Shown here piece after piece: positions 38,217 to 50,499 of a stretch of DNA of 64,000 nt. Location: contig NC_043000.1 in the NCBI RefSeq assembly GCF_006345805.1, forward strand, positions 86,862,001 through 86,926,000, written 5' to 3'. Position numbers and translations under genes: made by a program. This stretch comes from Octopus sinensis (Eukaryota). The notes under the pieces are model-generated. The model worked only from the letters and a program-made list of their open reading frames with translations. It did not search any database and had not been told where the DNA came from. The first letter of the stretch is position 1; each line of letters opens with the position of its first letter.

Positions 38217-38430
38217 TTTATGATAAAAGATTAATAAACACTATTTTTTTCTGTTTTTATATCATAAAAATATCTAAAAAAGAAGATCGATATTCTGTGT
38301 AAAGCTAAAGAAATTCGCTGTCACGCTGTCAGTAACTTTCACTATCTCGGGTTTCGGTTCAATCCTAGCGCGGCCCCTTCACACACTTCCGCTCTCCAAT
38401 GTCCGCTCCTCGTCCACTGACAATCGATGA
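38205..38430 (-). promoter_or_regulatory. CpG-retaining PCTP promoter/5' region with YY1-like and ETS-like motifs
   Basis: Local CpG enrichment; AAAATGGCGGC overlaps the ATG; CACTTCCGC at about 38384-38392. Confidence 0.45.
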
Positions 38431-41400
38431 TGATTATTTATAATAATTCTTCATTGAAAGTATATAAAAATAAAACAATCTCCGAACCTTTTATTACATT
38501 ATTCATGTTATATGGTTTGTTATTAAATTAATATGTTGCTTAGCGTTTGTGATCAATGTGTTTACCAGACATAGACCCACTGTTCGCATAAGATAATGTA
38601 GGAAAATAGAAAAAAACCATTTCAGTGACATTTCACGTTTTATTGATCAATGAACCTGGAATTGCTATTGTACAGGTAAATTTTTTAAAAGAATTATCTA
38701 TCGTGTGATACTTGGGGAAGTAATAAAACTATTTGGTATCCTATCTTCGCCTTTCATTCCTTGTAACTTCCCGGATAAAAAAAAAGCATATTTTTTAAAT
38801 GAAATTATGGAGAGACGACTTTTCCGAATGTATATGTTACAATTATGTCGATAAAATCAAGATATTTCTGCAAAAATATCATTTAAAAACGCGCATTTTA
38901 AAAAGAGTTATGAGATGACAATGTCAAAAGAGGGAGAATGATATGAAACTTAAAATTTGTTTTCGTAATATTGTCAACATAACCGTAATCTACACCCTCG
39001 AAATCGTGTCTGTAAGATTTCAAAATTATTCATTTTAAATAAAGTTATGTACCAAACTGTTTGGGGTACCAAACTGTACATATTCCATTGTTTATATTAT
39101 TTCTCTTCAATTCGTAATGTGTATTTCATTAACTACTTTTCTTTATATCTCTTTGTTTCACACTTCTACCTTATTTATTTATCTATTTTTAAAGTCTTCA
39201 CTCCATCTTTTATTGAAATAATTCTTTAATAACATTTCTATGAATCTTTAATGTATGCCATTGAAGGCCTTAAGTGTCATCGATTTCTTTAGCGCTTTCA
39301 CATATTTAGTACATGGTGCATAAAAATGTCCCGTATTATATTATTATTTGAAGGTTGTTTCTTTGGGTTAATCAAAAATATATTTTTGTTATGCTTAATT
39401 GCTCACAATTTATACTAGTTTCTTTTTAAATGTTATCCTTTATAAGCAGGTTTAATTTAATGCATTTTACTTAACAGTAATACATTAATTGGAAAACCTG
39501 CTTATGATATCGATTATTTATGAATAACAAACTAGATAATTAGATTCTAAAGCATATATTAGATTGTTGAATAGGAGTGATGGACAACACTGGTTTGATG
39601 CATTCAATCAGAGCATAAAAATATTGGGAAAAAACCTGGAGTAGCACGTTTGTTTAATATTAGTATGACAGATTTTTAAAATCTATAAATCCAATAGCCA
39701 TGTTCATATCAAGGAACAGAAATATAACCTTCTAGTAAAAAGAGAGGCCTTTCCTCTTGTCATTACTCAGTATTTACAGACCAAGCTATCTAATGACTAT
39801 TGATAACACTAATAGCGGTTGTGACGACAGACTACCGTCGTTTCAGGCTGAGGATTAAGTTGTTCGATCAATTTGAATTACTTGCTCCTGGATGTGCGTA
39901 TACAGACATGTGCACTTTTAACGTCTCAGGGAGAATCAACGTGTATCACAAGCACAACCCAGCTGACGAGCTTCTAAAATGTTTCAGTCACGAGATATGA
40001 GTTGACCTGGGGTTACAGAAAATTACATTTGCCCAAAAAGCTATGCTGCAGGACGGCAGCTGGGACCTTGTGGTTACGCAGTGAACTTGTTAACCTTTCG
40101 CTTACTGATGCTAATATAACGGTTTTTAATTTAGACACAAGGCCAGCAACTTTGAGGAGAGAGGATTAGTTTGATACCATCGATTCCAGTAATTGACTGG
40201 TACCGTATTAACTCCAGAGGAGGGGTGGACAAAGGTAAAGTTGACCTCGGCAGGATTTGAACTCGGATCGTAAATAAATCGAATAAATTATTGAAATAAT
40301 TTTCCCGCCACCCAAACGATTTTGCCCGCAGGTCGCCTCAACTAAATCTAATATATTACTTAAAGCTTTCAACTAATGAAGGACTCAAGTTGTTTTGTAA
40401 CAAAATATTTACAATTAGATTGCAGCAGTGATTTTAAAACCTACTCCTGTGTACGCCCGAGTTGTTATTTTTTTTTATAGTAATAGACTTTCATAAACTT
40501 TCAATAATATGCATATACAAATAATAACTAACCGTTTTACAAAATTTAATTAGAAAATTGGACAAAACAGAGAACACAATTGAAAAAATTAAAGAGAAAA
40601 AAACCAAAGCAATTCACCACCTTGGGTTGAATAGTTAGGGGCACTGGGAAACCTATCTAATGGTTATTGAGGCACACCAGCACGCTTGCAGTGTTGCTGT
40701 GGGTGATGGCAAGGCCGATGCACTGGAACAGCCAAGCACCCTCATGAGCCTCACCAGTTGCCTCTGCAAGGCAAGTTGCCAGTGAAGACAGTAATCTCGC
40801 AGTTAGTGGCCTGACCCCACCAAACATCTCGAACGCCACAGGATGGAAAATGTAGTTGGCCAACAGATGACGGTATTTCAGGATTTTGTTCCACTCGGCC
40901 ACAGGAGCTGTGGATCTCACCCTGACCACAGCATTTAGGATGTGAGAAGAAGCAAAGGAGTCGCTAACTGTGACATCCCAGACAAGGCATCTGCCTTGCA
41001 ACTAGATGGTTCCAAAATGGAGGGGGTGTTTGCCTGGGCCAAGCTCCTCTTGAGTATCAGGTTCCCACCTCAGGAGTCCAACAGGGTGACCCACTTGGGC
41101 CTGCTCTGTTCGCACTAGGCATTGATGACATCACCAAGTTGGGGGTTGAGCTAAACCTCAACATCTGGTATCTCGATGATGCTTGTTTGGGGGGACCTCT
41201 GGACAGGGTTTTTGCCATTGCAAACATGATGGTTGGGGAACTTGGTCACTGGGGTCTCTAAGTAAACAGCTCTGAATCCTCAACCACCCAGCTTCTCAAC
41301 ATCAACCAACTATTGACTTTTTTGCAGAGTCCTTCCCTTCCATTGCAGTCCCTCTCCCATCAGCTTGATGCTCTCTAGGAGCCCCAATCACTAACTTTGC

Positions 41401-41601
41401 CTTTGAGTCCATCTTCCAGTTGAAGGTGCCTGCTCTTGAGCAATTGCTGAAAAATATTGAAGCTATTGAATACCATCAAGGCTTTTTCAAAACTAAGAAT
41501 TACCTCTTGATCCCCAAGCTTCTGTACTTACTCAGAATCAGCTCATCTTACTGATTCCCATCGTGCCTCTAATGCTTTGACAACCTAATCTTTGAGAGAC
41601 T

Positions 41602-41880
41602 TGTGGGATGACGTCAGCAGCCGGGTGCGTTGACCGGAAGCTGGGGCAAGCGGAAGGGGTCAGCGGTCAGGCATGCGCAGGGAGCAGAAATTGCCCTCTT
41701 TCCAACGTGGGTCGTGCAGGTGACAAGACGTGTGAGGACGTCGCTAAGGGTTTGGGCTAGCAGCTGCTATCGTTAGTGTTCGGGTCGGGGCTGTGAGGAA
41801 GGACTAGTCATCACTGGAGGGTCTCCATCACTACGAAGAGAAGGTAGGTGCCTCTATATTCAAATCGCGCACTCACCACA
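41602..41880 (+). repeat. 5' LTR
   Basis: 271/279 identical to 45109-45387. Confidence 0.97.
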
Positions 41881-41925
41881 AGCTATTTTGGCCGTTCTTA
41901 AACATTCACATTTTTTTTCAACACG

Positions 41926-42707
41926 ATGTCTGCAAAAATTAGGATCGCCAGTGACGTCGTCAGACCTTTTAATGGCGAAGGCAATGTAGTGGCCTGGATT
42001 CGCAAAATCAGGCTGGTGGCGAGACTGCAGGGCATAAGCGACGTGGCGAGTCTTGTGGCGCTGTATTTGGAAGGGAGCGCGTTGACGCTCTACCTAGAGA
42101 TGGATGAAGAGGAACGGACCATCAGGCGGCGTTCGATGGTCAGAATATAGAGCGACGCTTGCGTGACGCCTACACGGAATGCAAGTACACAGCTTTCGCT
42201 AAGCTAGGTGCAATCAGGTGGACGGGAGGCCAAGTGGACGACTTTGCATCAGAAGCTAGAAGGCTAGCGACTCCGGGTTTGCCGGAGAAGGACTGGAGAG
42301 AGCAGCCCGACTGGCGTTCGTGAATGGGTTCCCCGACGATGTAGGGATTCACCTACAACGACTGCCCGGGGTTAAAAAGATGCCATTGAGCGAACTTGTA
42401 GCTCAGGCTCGCGCGTTGACGAGACACTCTGGGCGGAAGGCGATAGCGATGGCGGTGACGGAGGCGCGTAAAGACGGACGACGTCCCGAGAAAGAGGTAC
42501 AGAAGCTCACCGTGCAGCGAGAGCGGCCATTCTCAGGACGGTGTTTTAAATGCCAGAGCGGACATGGCGCGGGACTGTACGCAGCCGGGGCCCGTTTGCT
42601 ATCGATGCAGGCAGACAGGGCACACTGCCCGTGATTGCGACCAGGGAAACGACCGCGGGGAAGTTGCTGCCTCTCGAACTTTCCCCTCAAACGAGTAGAG
42701 GCGCTAT
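41926..42707 (+). pseudogene. gag with frameshifts; two CCHC zinc knuckles
   Basis: MSAKIRIASDVVRPFNGEG...; knuckles CFKCQSGH(M)ARDC and CYRCRQTGHTARDC after correcting one frameshift; at least 3 frameshifts in total. Confidence 0.8.
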
Positions 42708-45040
42708 TGGAGACGCTGCCATTGATTGACGTGGAGGCCGAGGGGGAGACGTTCAAGGCCCTTGTGGATACGGGCTGTACGACCACCCTGGTGACTTCGA
42801 GGGTGACGAAGGAATGGAACGGGGTGAGTAGTGTCCGGGCGGTCGACGGCAGCGAAATCCGTTGCAGAGGCAGCAGCAAGGTAGAGATAGTGGTGCGCGG
42901 CGCGACGCTAAGGCTGCAGGCAATTGTGACCGAACGCGTGATAGATGGAGTTGATGTGGTGATGGGGATGGACGCCATCAACTGCCTCGGTGGCGTCAGT
43001 GTTGTGGGAAATGAGATCACGTTCGGAAGCGTGAGGGCGTCGTGCACTGCGAGTCAGGATCGCCAGAGAGAGCAGAGCCCCGCGAGGGACTGCGCCGCTT
43101 ACACCATTGAGGACAAAGACTTTCAGGCGGCGTTCGATGGTCAGCGGTGGACGATAGAGTGGCGATGGAAGGACGAGCCCCCGACGCTGGAGAACAGGGT
43201 GAGCTGTTACCAGCATACCCTGAAAGGCCACGCCAGGGTCGAGTTTGAAGACGAGGTGGAGTGGTGGATCGAGGAAGGGGTCCTTGTCCCTTGGAAGGAG
43301 GAGATAGCGGGCGGAGTGCTACCCCTGATGGCGGTGGTGCAGCCTACGAAGGGAAAAGTCAGACCGGTGCTGGACTTCAGGGAGCTAAACCAGCACATAT
43401 CGTGTCACACGGGAGGTGAGGCGACAGACATTTGTGGTGAGGCATTACGTAAGTGGAGACAGTCGACTGAGGCTGCGACGATTGTCGACTTGAGATCGGC
43501 ATACTTGCAGCTCCATGTGAGCGACAAACTATGGCGATATCAGCTGGTGCGGTACAAGGGCTGGACGTACTGTCTAACCAGGCTGGGTTTCGGGCTGAAT
43601 TCCGCTCCGAAGATCATGGCGGCAGTGCTTAGGTCCGTCCTAGGGAAAGACGGCAAGATTAGAAAGGCCACCAGCTCCTACATTGATGACATTTTGGTGG
43701 ACGAAACTGTAGTGCCAGCCGACGAGGTAGTTAGACATCTGGAGAAGTTCGGACTGATTGCTAAGCCACCGGAGTCGATTGAAGGGGGAGCCGCGCTGGG
43801 GCTGAAGCTGCGAAGAGATGGATCAGGTGAATTGGTGTTCCGGAGAGGAAATGAAATCCCAGAGCTGAGTTCCAGCGTCAGCAGGAGAGAGCTGTTCTCG
43901 GTGTGTGGGAAGTTGGTCGGTCACTACCCGATCGCTGGATGGCTGCGCACGGCGTGTAGTTACACCAAGAGACGAGCAGAAGGAGAGAGGTGGGAGAAGG
44001 GACGGTGGCGATGATGCAGGAGATCCTAGAGAAGACAAGAGCGGAAGACCCGGTCAGGGGGAACTGGTACGTGCCCAAGACGAAATGCAGGACCGTCTGG
44101 TGTGATGCTAGCAGTATAGCGATAGGGGTGGTGTTGGCAATCGAAGGCACTGCGGTGGAGGACGCGGCCTGGCTTCGGAAAGCAGATGATTTCAACCACA
44201 TCAATGTCGCCGAATTAGACGCGCTGCTGAAAGGGGTGAACTTGGCCTTGAAATGGGGGCTGCGCACGATTGAAATGCGGACGGATTCGGCCACTGTGCT
44301 TGGCTGGGTAGGATCGCTTATCACTGGTGACAGGAGAGTGCGGACGAAAGGTGCTGCGGAGATGTTAGTGAAGCGCCGTCTAGGAGTTCTAGGTGAATTG
44401 ATCGCTGAATTCGGACTGAAGCTGAACGTGGTTTTCGTGCCTTCGGAGAAAAACAGGGCGGACGTACTGACCAGGGTGAAAAGAGCGTGGTTGGAAGAAC
44501 CGGAGGAGGCCCGGAAAGGGATAGCTGCGGCGTGTCGGTTGGATGAATCTGAACTGAAGAAACTGCATGCTATGCATCACCTGGGTGTGGACAGGACCCT
44601 GTATCTGGCAAAAAAAATTGATGCTGACGTCACTAGGAGAAGCGTCCGGAAGGTGGTCGGGAGCTGCGACAGGTGTCAGTCCATCGACCCTGCTCCGTGT
44701 GGGCATGAACAGGGAAGCCTTTCCGTGGAGCAGAACTGGAAAAGGCTAGCTGTGGATGTGACACACTACCGTCAGCGAATGTACCTCTCCATGGTCGACT
44801 GTGGGCTGGGCCGGCTGGCCATTTGGAGGGAGTTGAGATCGGGCATTGCTGACGAGATCGTGCAGATCCTGAACGGGATATTTTTAGAGAGAGGTCCCGT
44901 GGAAGAACTACTGATGGACAACGGGGCGGCGTTTCGTTCGGAAGCATTGAGGGTTATGCTTGATCAGTGGAATGTGCGACGCTTGTTCAGAGCAGCATAT
45001 AGGCCGAGCGGTAACGGGATCGTGGAGAGGCACCAAGGCG
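42635..45040 (+). pseudogene. pol: aspartic protease, RT, RNase H, integrase (frameshift near 44000; integrase C-terminus deleted near 45035)
   Basis: LVDTGC (PR); RPVLDFRELN, DLRSAYLQL, LGFGL, YIDD (RT); WCDAS (RH); HHLG..CDRC, LAVD, LLMDNG, IVER (IN). Confidence 0.93.
42644..42686 (+). promoter_or_regulatory. Programmed -1 ribosomal frameshift signal (gag-pol)
   Basis: G GGA AAC in the gag frame (42644-42650), 6-nt spacer, stem GGGGAAGTT/AACTTTCCCC (42657-42686). pol is in the -1 frame. Confidence 0.75.
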
Positions 45041-45108
45041 CTCTCCCGGTTGGATGGTGGAGTACAACATGGAGCGGAGAGATTGTGATCTTTAAGATCA
45101 GGGTGGCG

Positions 45109-45387
45109 TGTGGGATGACGTCAGCAGCCGGGTGCATTGACCGGAAGCTGGGGCAAGCGGAAGGGGTCAGCGGTCAGGCGTGCGCAGGGAGCGGAAATTG
45201 CCCTCTTTCCAACGTGGGTCGTGCAGGTGACAAGACGTGTGAGGACGTCGCTAAGGGTTTGGGCTAGCAGCTGCTATAGTTAGTGTTCGAGTCGGGGCTG
45301 TGAGGAAGGACTAGTCATCATTGGAGGGTCTCCGTCACTACGAAGAGAAGGTAGGTGCCTCTATATTCAAATCGCGCACTCACTACA
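45109..45387 (+). repeat. 3' LTR
   Basis: Preceded by purine-rich AGATCAGGGTGGCG and followed by the TSD AGACT. Confidence 0.97.
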
Positions 45388-48300
45388 AGACTCAAATGCT
45401 TAGTTAATGTAAGACTCTCTCCAATGTCCTGCAATTGGGCTGCATTGCCCAAGCGATTTGGAGGTCATTTTCTTTGTAAGTGTTCGTCCCTCTCTCCCCT
45501 GCTTCCTTTCCTCCACCCACACCTACTCCATCCTGGTGATCAACATCTCTCCTCTCCAACATGGACCAGTTCCAACAGGGATTTGGATGAAGCTCTCCAA
45601 CACTGGAGAGAATTGGGCTTGTCTGCTCCTGAGAAGGTGAAGGACTGTCGGACTCAGAGTGCTTGGAACAACATAATTTCGAAGGCCACCTTCAACTCCC
45701 TCTTCATCAAGCTGGACCAGTTTTCAAGGTGTCGCTTACTAGTGCCAAATACTCAGGTGACTGGATTGATGCCATTCTTGTGGCTAATGTTGGTGGCCTA
45801 CTCAGCTTGGACAAACTTTGTGTCTCCATTGCCCTCAGAGTGGAAGCTGACGTATGCACAGGTTTGATCTGTTGTTGTGGCAGGCTCCTCGATTACACAG
45901 GCCTCCATGGCCTTTCTTGCCACCTGAATGCTGGTCGCTTCGCACATTATATGGAGTTGAACCTGATACTCAAGAGTTGTTATTACAATTGTGAACAGTA
46001 AAATTGTTTTTAATGAAGTATCCAAGTATATGAACATTAAGATACCAGGTGAGTTATTGGGATTGACTTATCTGTTACATGCCAAAAAAAAAAAAGAAGT
46101 AACAATCATTTACTACCAATTTAATGTCTATTTTTCCACACTTGCATGGGTCAGATGAAGTTCATTGAAGCACATTTCCTACAGCCAGATGCCCTTTCTG
46201 TCACCAGCCCTCACCTTTTTTCCTTCTCCTCATACTCTTCCTCCAGTATATTTTTTCATGCTGGCATTGTTTTACAGCTGATGTCCTTCTTGTTACTAAT
46301 CCTTACCTGTTTTTCTCATATTTTACATGTCTTCAAAGGCACAAGGCAAAGACATAATTTGTTGACAGTCCCACTGCATGGCACCTTGAGCAAGTATCTT
46401 TTACAAGACCTTTAGTGGTATTGGTAGAGAGAAACTAAAGGAAGCCCATTGTAGATATGTATATCATCATCATCATCATAATTTAGTTTTTGCTTTCCAT
46501 ACTGGCATGGGTTGGATGTTTTGACTGGAACTGGTAAGCCAGAGAACTAAACCAAGTTCCATTCTATGGTCAAATTCCTTTCCTAATACCAACCACTCCA
46601 AGACCATAGTGGGTGCCTTTCATGTGTCATTGGCATGGGTACCTTTTATGTGTCACTGGTACCAGCTATGACTTCAATTTCACTTGACTTGACATGTCTT
46701 CTCAAGCACAGCAAAACACCAAAGATCTTGATCACTTGCCATTGCCTCTATGGGACCCAAAATGCTGGTCAAAACAAAAAGGAGGTTGCTCTTTTTATCT
46801 TCTTGTGTTGTTGTTTACTGTTTTGGTCGTATTTGCAGCAGTAAGTCAAAGAGAAAGATAGAGTAACAGTGAATAGAAGAGGGAGACAATGGTGGTATCA
46901 TTCTGCCTGTCATTTTAGCAGCAGTGGAGAAAGACAAAATGACATTTGCCATTGAAATGTGAGCCAGCGAAAGCTGTATCATAGTTGTCTTCTTTTCACC
47001 AACTCCTTTCAGCAACTAACTTGTCCTTGCAGGATCTTAGTATTTATAATTATCGCAGAACAGCAAGAAAGAGAGATTCATATCTCCGAGGACAATGGGG
47101 AAAACTGCTTTTGGTGGCATAGAAGAAGTCAAAAAGGTTAAGTGGTAAAGACATAAATTGACTTGGTAAGGCTATGTGTTCAATGTAATTGGTGTCAAGC
47201 ATTGTTCCTCCATGAGAAAATGCTGTTGTAATTTAAAGGGGAAGTGTATAGATTCAATTTCGAATCTATAAGCCCAAATGAAATCCACTCATATATTCAT
47301 ATACACACACACACATATCACTTGATAGCTGTGAGCAAGTGTCACATCATTCAAGTAGTGTCTTTTGTTTTTAATCTTTTGTGTAAACTTGCTTGGGTTT
47401 TCTACTTACTAAAGTCATTTATGAGGCTTTGGTCAGCTGTAGTAGAAAATACTGGCCCAAGGTGCTGCGTAATGAGACTGGACCTGAAACTATGTGGTTG
47501 GGAAGCAAGCTTCTTAACTACACAGTCATACCTGTGCCTGCTTCTCTCAGAGAAATGGAAGAAAGGAATACCATCTGGACAGTGGATATCTTGTGAAATC
47601 ATCATCATCAATGTCTGTTTTCCATACTGGCATGGATTGGATGGCTTGACAGGAACTGGTAAGGCCAGGGGCCACTCCAAATTCCATAGTTTGTTTGTCT
47701 TGGTTTCTACAGCTGGATGCCCTTCCTAACACCAACTTTCCCACAGAGTGTACTGGGTTCTTTTTATGTGGCACTAGCGCAGTTGCTTTTTAAGTGGCAC
47801 CAGCATCAGTGCTTTTTAGGTGGCACCAGCACCCATATCAATGCTTTTTATGTGACACTTTTGTCTTAGGATCTCAATTCCATTATGGTGGGTGGGATTT
47901 CTCAAGTACAGCAATACACCACATATCTTATCCCTCTGTCATCTCCTTTGTAAGGTTCAGCATTTTGAGATCAACCTTCAAAAATGATAAAGAAAATTAA
48001 AATGAATTTATTTACTAAATGCCAACAATATCTCTGAGTAGGGTTAATAAGTGTACATATAGACCAGATGTCTATAAACAACTAACTTTAAAAATTCTCT
48101 CGAGGCAATTGTAAAACTACAACACTTTATCTGTTACACTCAGAAGACTAGTTAATTTCCCAAGTGAATCTAATTTGGTTTTTAGATTATTTCATTTCAC
48201 ACCATCCACACTGAATTTTAAGTATTTCTGAAAATATGTCAGACTGCTTCAACTTTAAATAGGACGTGCTGTTATTTATTTATTTATTTATTCTGACTGA

Positions 48301-48942
48301 AATTATTTCTGCTGCTGTAAGAAAACTCCCATGATACAAAAATTGAATAAATATTTACAAATGTAAACATAAACTTCACTTATCCTTTCTGCCTATTCTA
48401 TGTGGTGGTGGTGGTGGTGGTGGTAGGTCAGGGACGTGAACATAGCCTTCTCTTTCACATTAACAAATAGAATTAAAACAAAAACAAAATGTATTAAACC
48501 AGATTCAAAAGAAATGCAGAAGCTTAAGCTTAAAACTGCAAACTTTTAATTATATAGAGTTGATTTACAATTAACAAAAACAAATATTTACACTCAAACT
48601 ACTCATTGACTGCAGTTCAATATCATAAACAACAATAATGATTTGTTTATCAATGATAGAAAGAAGAAAACTATGTCACATATTGATATTCCTAATAATC
48701 TTTGCAATCTCTTAGATTGGAACAAATGCTTCACACACACACATACTTGCCCCTATATACATATGTCTAAACAAATTTCATATATATATATATTTATTTT
48801 TAGTGGAAGCATGTGGCTTAGTGGTTAGGGTGTTGGACTCATGATTGTAAGAGTTTGGTTTCAATTCCTGGACCAGGTGATGCATTGTGTTCTTGAGCAA
48901 AACACTTCATTTCACATTGCTCCAGTCCTGTCCAGGTGGGGA

Positions 48943-48947
<5 letters not shown>

Positions 48948-48977
<30 letters not shown>

Positions 48978-49590
48978 TGTGCACAGTGCTCAGGTGCACT
49001 ACAACTCATCTAAAGTGTATATATAATCAGGTGTAGTTTCGGCGGATTTCGGAAAGCATGAGGGCCTTAAAGGATGCAGTGTCATGGCAGTCAACAACTG
49101 ACGCAGGCAGTTTATTCCATGCTTCAGCAACTCTGAGCGTGAAAAAATGTTTCCGAAAGTCATGGGAGCTGTGTTGTTTTCTGACTTTGTAGGCATGTCC
49201 ACGTGTGTTAGACACATGGAGATCAAAAAGGTGTTCAGTGTTGTTGTTGGTGAGGTGGTTGATAACCTTGTGGGTGTTTACCAAGTCCGTCGCCAGACGC
49301 CGGAGCTTCAGTGAATCCATGCCCAGGGAAACAAGGCGCTCAGAGTATGGTAGGTGTCTGATGGAGGGTATGCGTTTGGTTGCACGTCTCTGGACAGATT
49401 CCAGGAGGTCAATGTTCTGAGCAAGATAGGGATTCCAAACTGATGATGCGAATTCCAAGTGTGGTCGTACCATAGCTGTATACAGTTTTAAATAGATGGC
49501 TGGAGAGCGGCTAACAAAAGTCTTGCTGAGTGATGCCAAGACACCCTCGGCCTTCTTGACAATTTTAGAGATATGCTTTTCCATATATAC
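48948..49590 (-). mobile_element. 5'-truncated CR1-clade LINE 3' end with (TTA)n tail, inserted in or next to a SINE (48805-48945)
   Basis: About 190 open codons: LYTAMVRPHLEFASSVWNPY...ESVQRRATK...YSERL...TRGH...FFTLRVAEAWNKLP. Confidence 0.9.
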
Positions 49591-49730
49591 TATGGAAACC
49601 AGCCCTATGAGTTTATATGACTCAAGAAGGATCTTTATCTTTTTTATATTTATTTCTAGCTGTCTGTCCCCCCACCTCTCTCTCTCTATATATATATATA
49701 CACACACACACATAAATATATTTAACAAGG

Positions 49731-49885
49731 GGTGCAGGCATGGCTGTGTGGTAAGAAGTTTGGTTCCAAACCACATGGTTCTGGGTTCAGTCCCACTGCA
49801 TGCCACCTGGGCAAGTATCTTCTACAATAGTCTTGGGTTGACCAAAGCCTTATGAATAAATCTGCCAGATGGAAATGCCTTATGA
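49731..49885 (+). mobile_element. tRNA-derived CORE-like SINE, family B. Other copies at about 6380-6520, 13965-14100, 19100-19190, 47380-47535, 50175-50270, 63290-63420, 63605-63770 and 63800-63950
   Basis: GGCTGTGTGGTAAGAAG...GGTTCAGTCCCACTG...CACCT.GGGCAAGT body. This copy has an internal 30-bp tandem duplication. Confidence 0.75.
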
Positions 49886-50110
49886 ATAAATCTGCCAGAT
49901 GTATATAAACATATACATAACTATGTGTTTGTCTCTCACCAACACTTGACAACTTAGTGGTTCGGCATGAGACTGATGGAATAAGTGTCAGGTTTTACAA
50001 AAATTATAAATACTGGGGTCAATTTAATCCACTAAAATTCTTCAAGGCAGTGCCCCAGCATGGCTGCAGTCTATCAACTGAAACAAGTAACAGATAAAAG
50101 CTAAAAGATG

Positions 50111-50175
<65 letters not shown>

Positions 50176-50499
50176 GCAACTTGGGCAAGAGTCTTCTCCT
50201 GTAGCCTCGGGCCGACCCAAGTCTTGTGAGTGGATTTGGTAGACGGAAACTGAAAGAAGCCCGTCGTTTATATGTGTGTGTGTGTGTATGTGTGCGCACG
50301 TGTGTATATATTTGTGTGTGTTTGTTCCCCCACCATTGCTTGACAACCAATACTGGTGTGTTTATGCCCCCGTAACTTAGCGGTTTGGCAAAAGTGACTG
50401 ATGGAATAAGTACTAGTCCTGGGGTTGATTTCTTCGACTAAAACCCTTTAATGCAGTGCTCCAGCATGGCCGCAGTCAAATGACTAACAAGTAAAAGAA

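Larger units (their letters stand above)
41602..45387 (+). mobile_element. Compact Ty3/Gypsy LTR retrotransposon (3786 bp), defective
   Basis: 279-bp TG...CA LTRs (8 differences), 5-bp TSD AGACT (41597-41601 and 45388-45392), domain order gag-PR-RT-RH-IN. Confidence 0.97.
40470..45973 (-). mobile_element. CRE-clade (RLE) non-LTR retrotransposon, 5'-truncated with a twin-priming inversion and interrupted by a Gypsy element
   Basis: TSD GAGTTGTTATT at 40459-40469 and 45974-45984, polyT next to the left TSD. RLE end on the minus strand (NLILKRSLAQANTPSILEP..GRCLVWDVT..HPVAFE) at 40657-41064. RT on the plus strand (SGVQQGDPLGPALF, WYLDD) from about 41065, and zinc knuckle (CCCGRLLDYTGLHGLSC) near 45870-45920. 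Confidence 0.85.

Noticed and set aside
39790-40090. CpG-retaining segment with a minus-strand GAAA-stem-GUC (hammerhead-like) and a 66-aa ORF
   Set aside because: No CUGANGA core at a compatible position, and the ORF has no recognisable similarity or splice support.
45268-45867. ORFs 43990-45267 (tail) and 45355-45867 running through the 3' LTR
   Set aside because: Read-through caused by the integrase deletion and by LTR/CRE junction sequence; not separate genes.
46815-47141. Possible exon after ttgtccttgcag at about 47030
   Set aside because: No frame gave a recognisable product or linked to a gene model.
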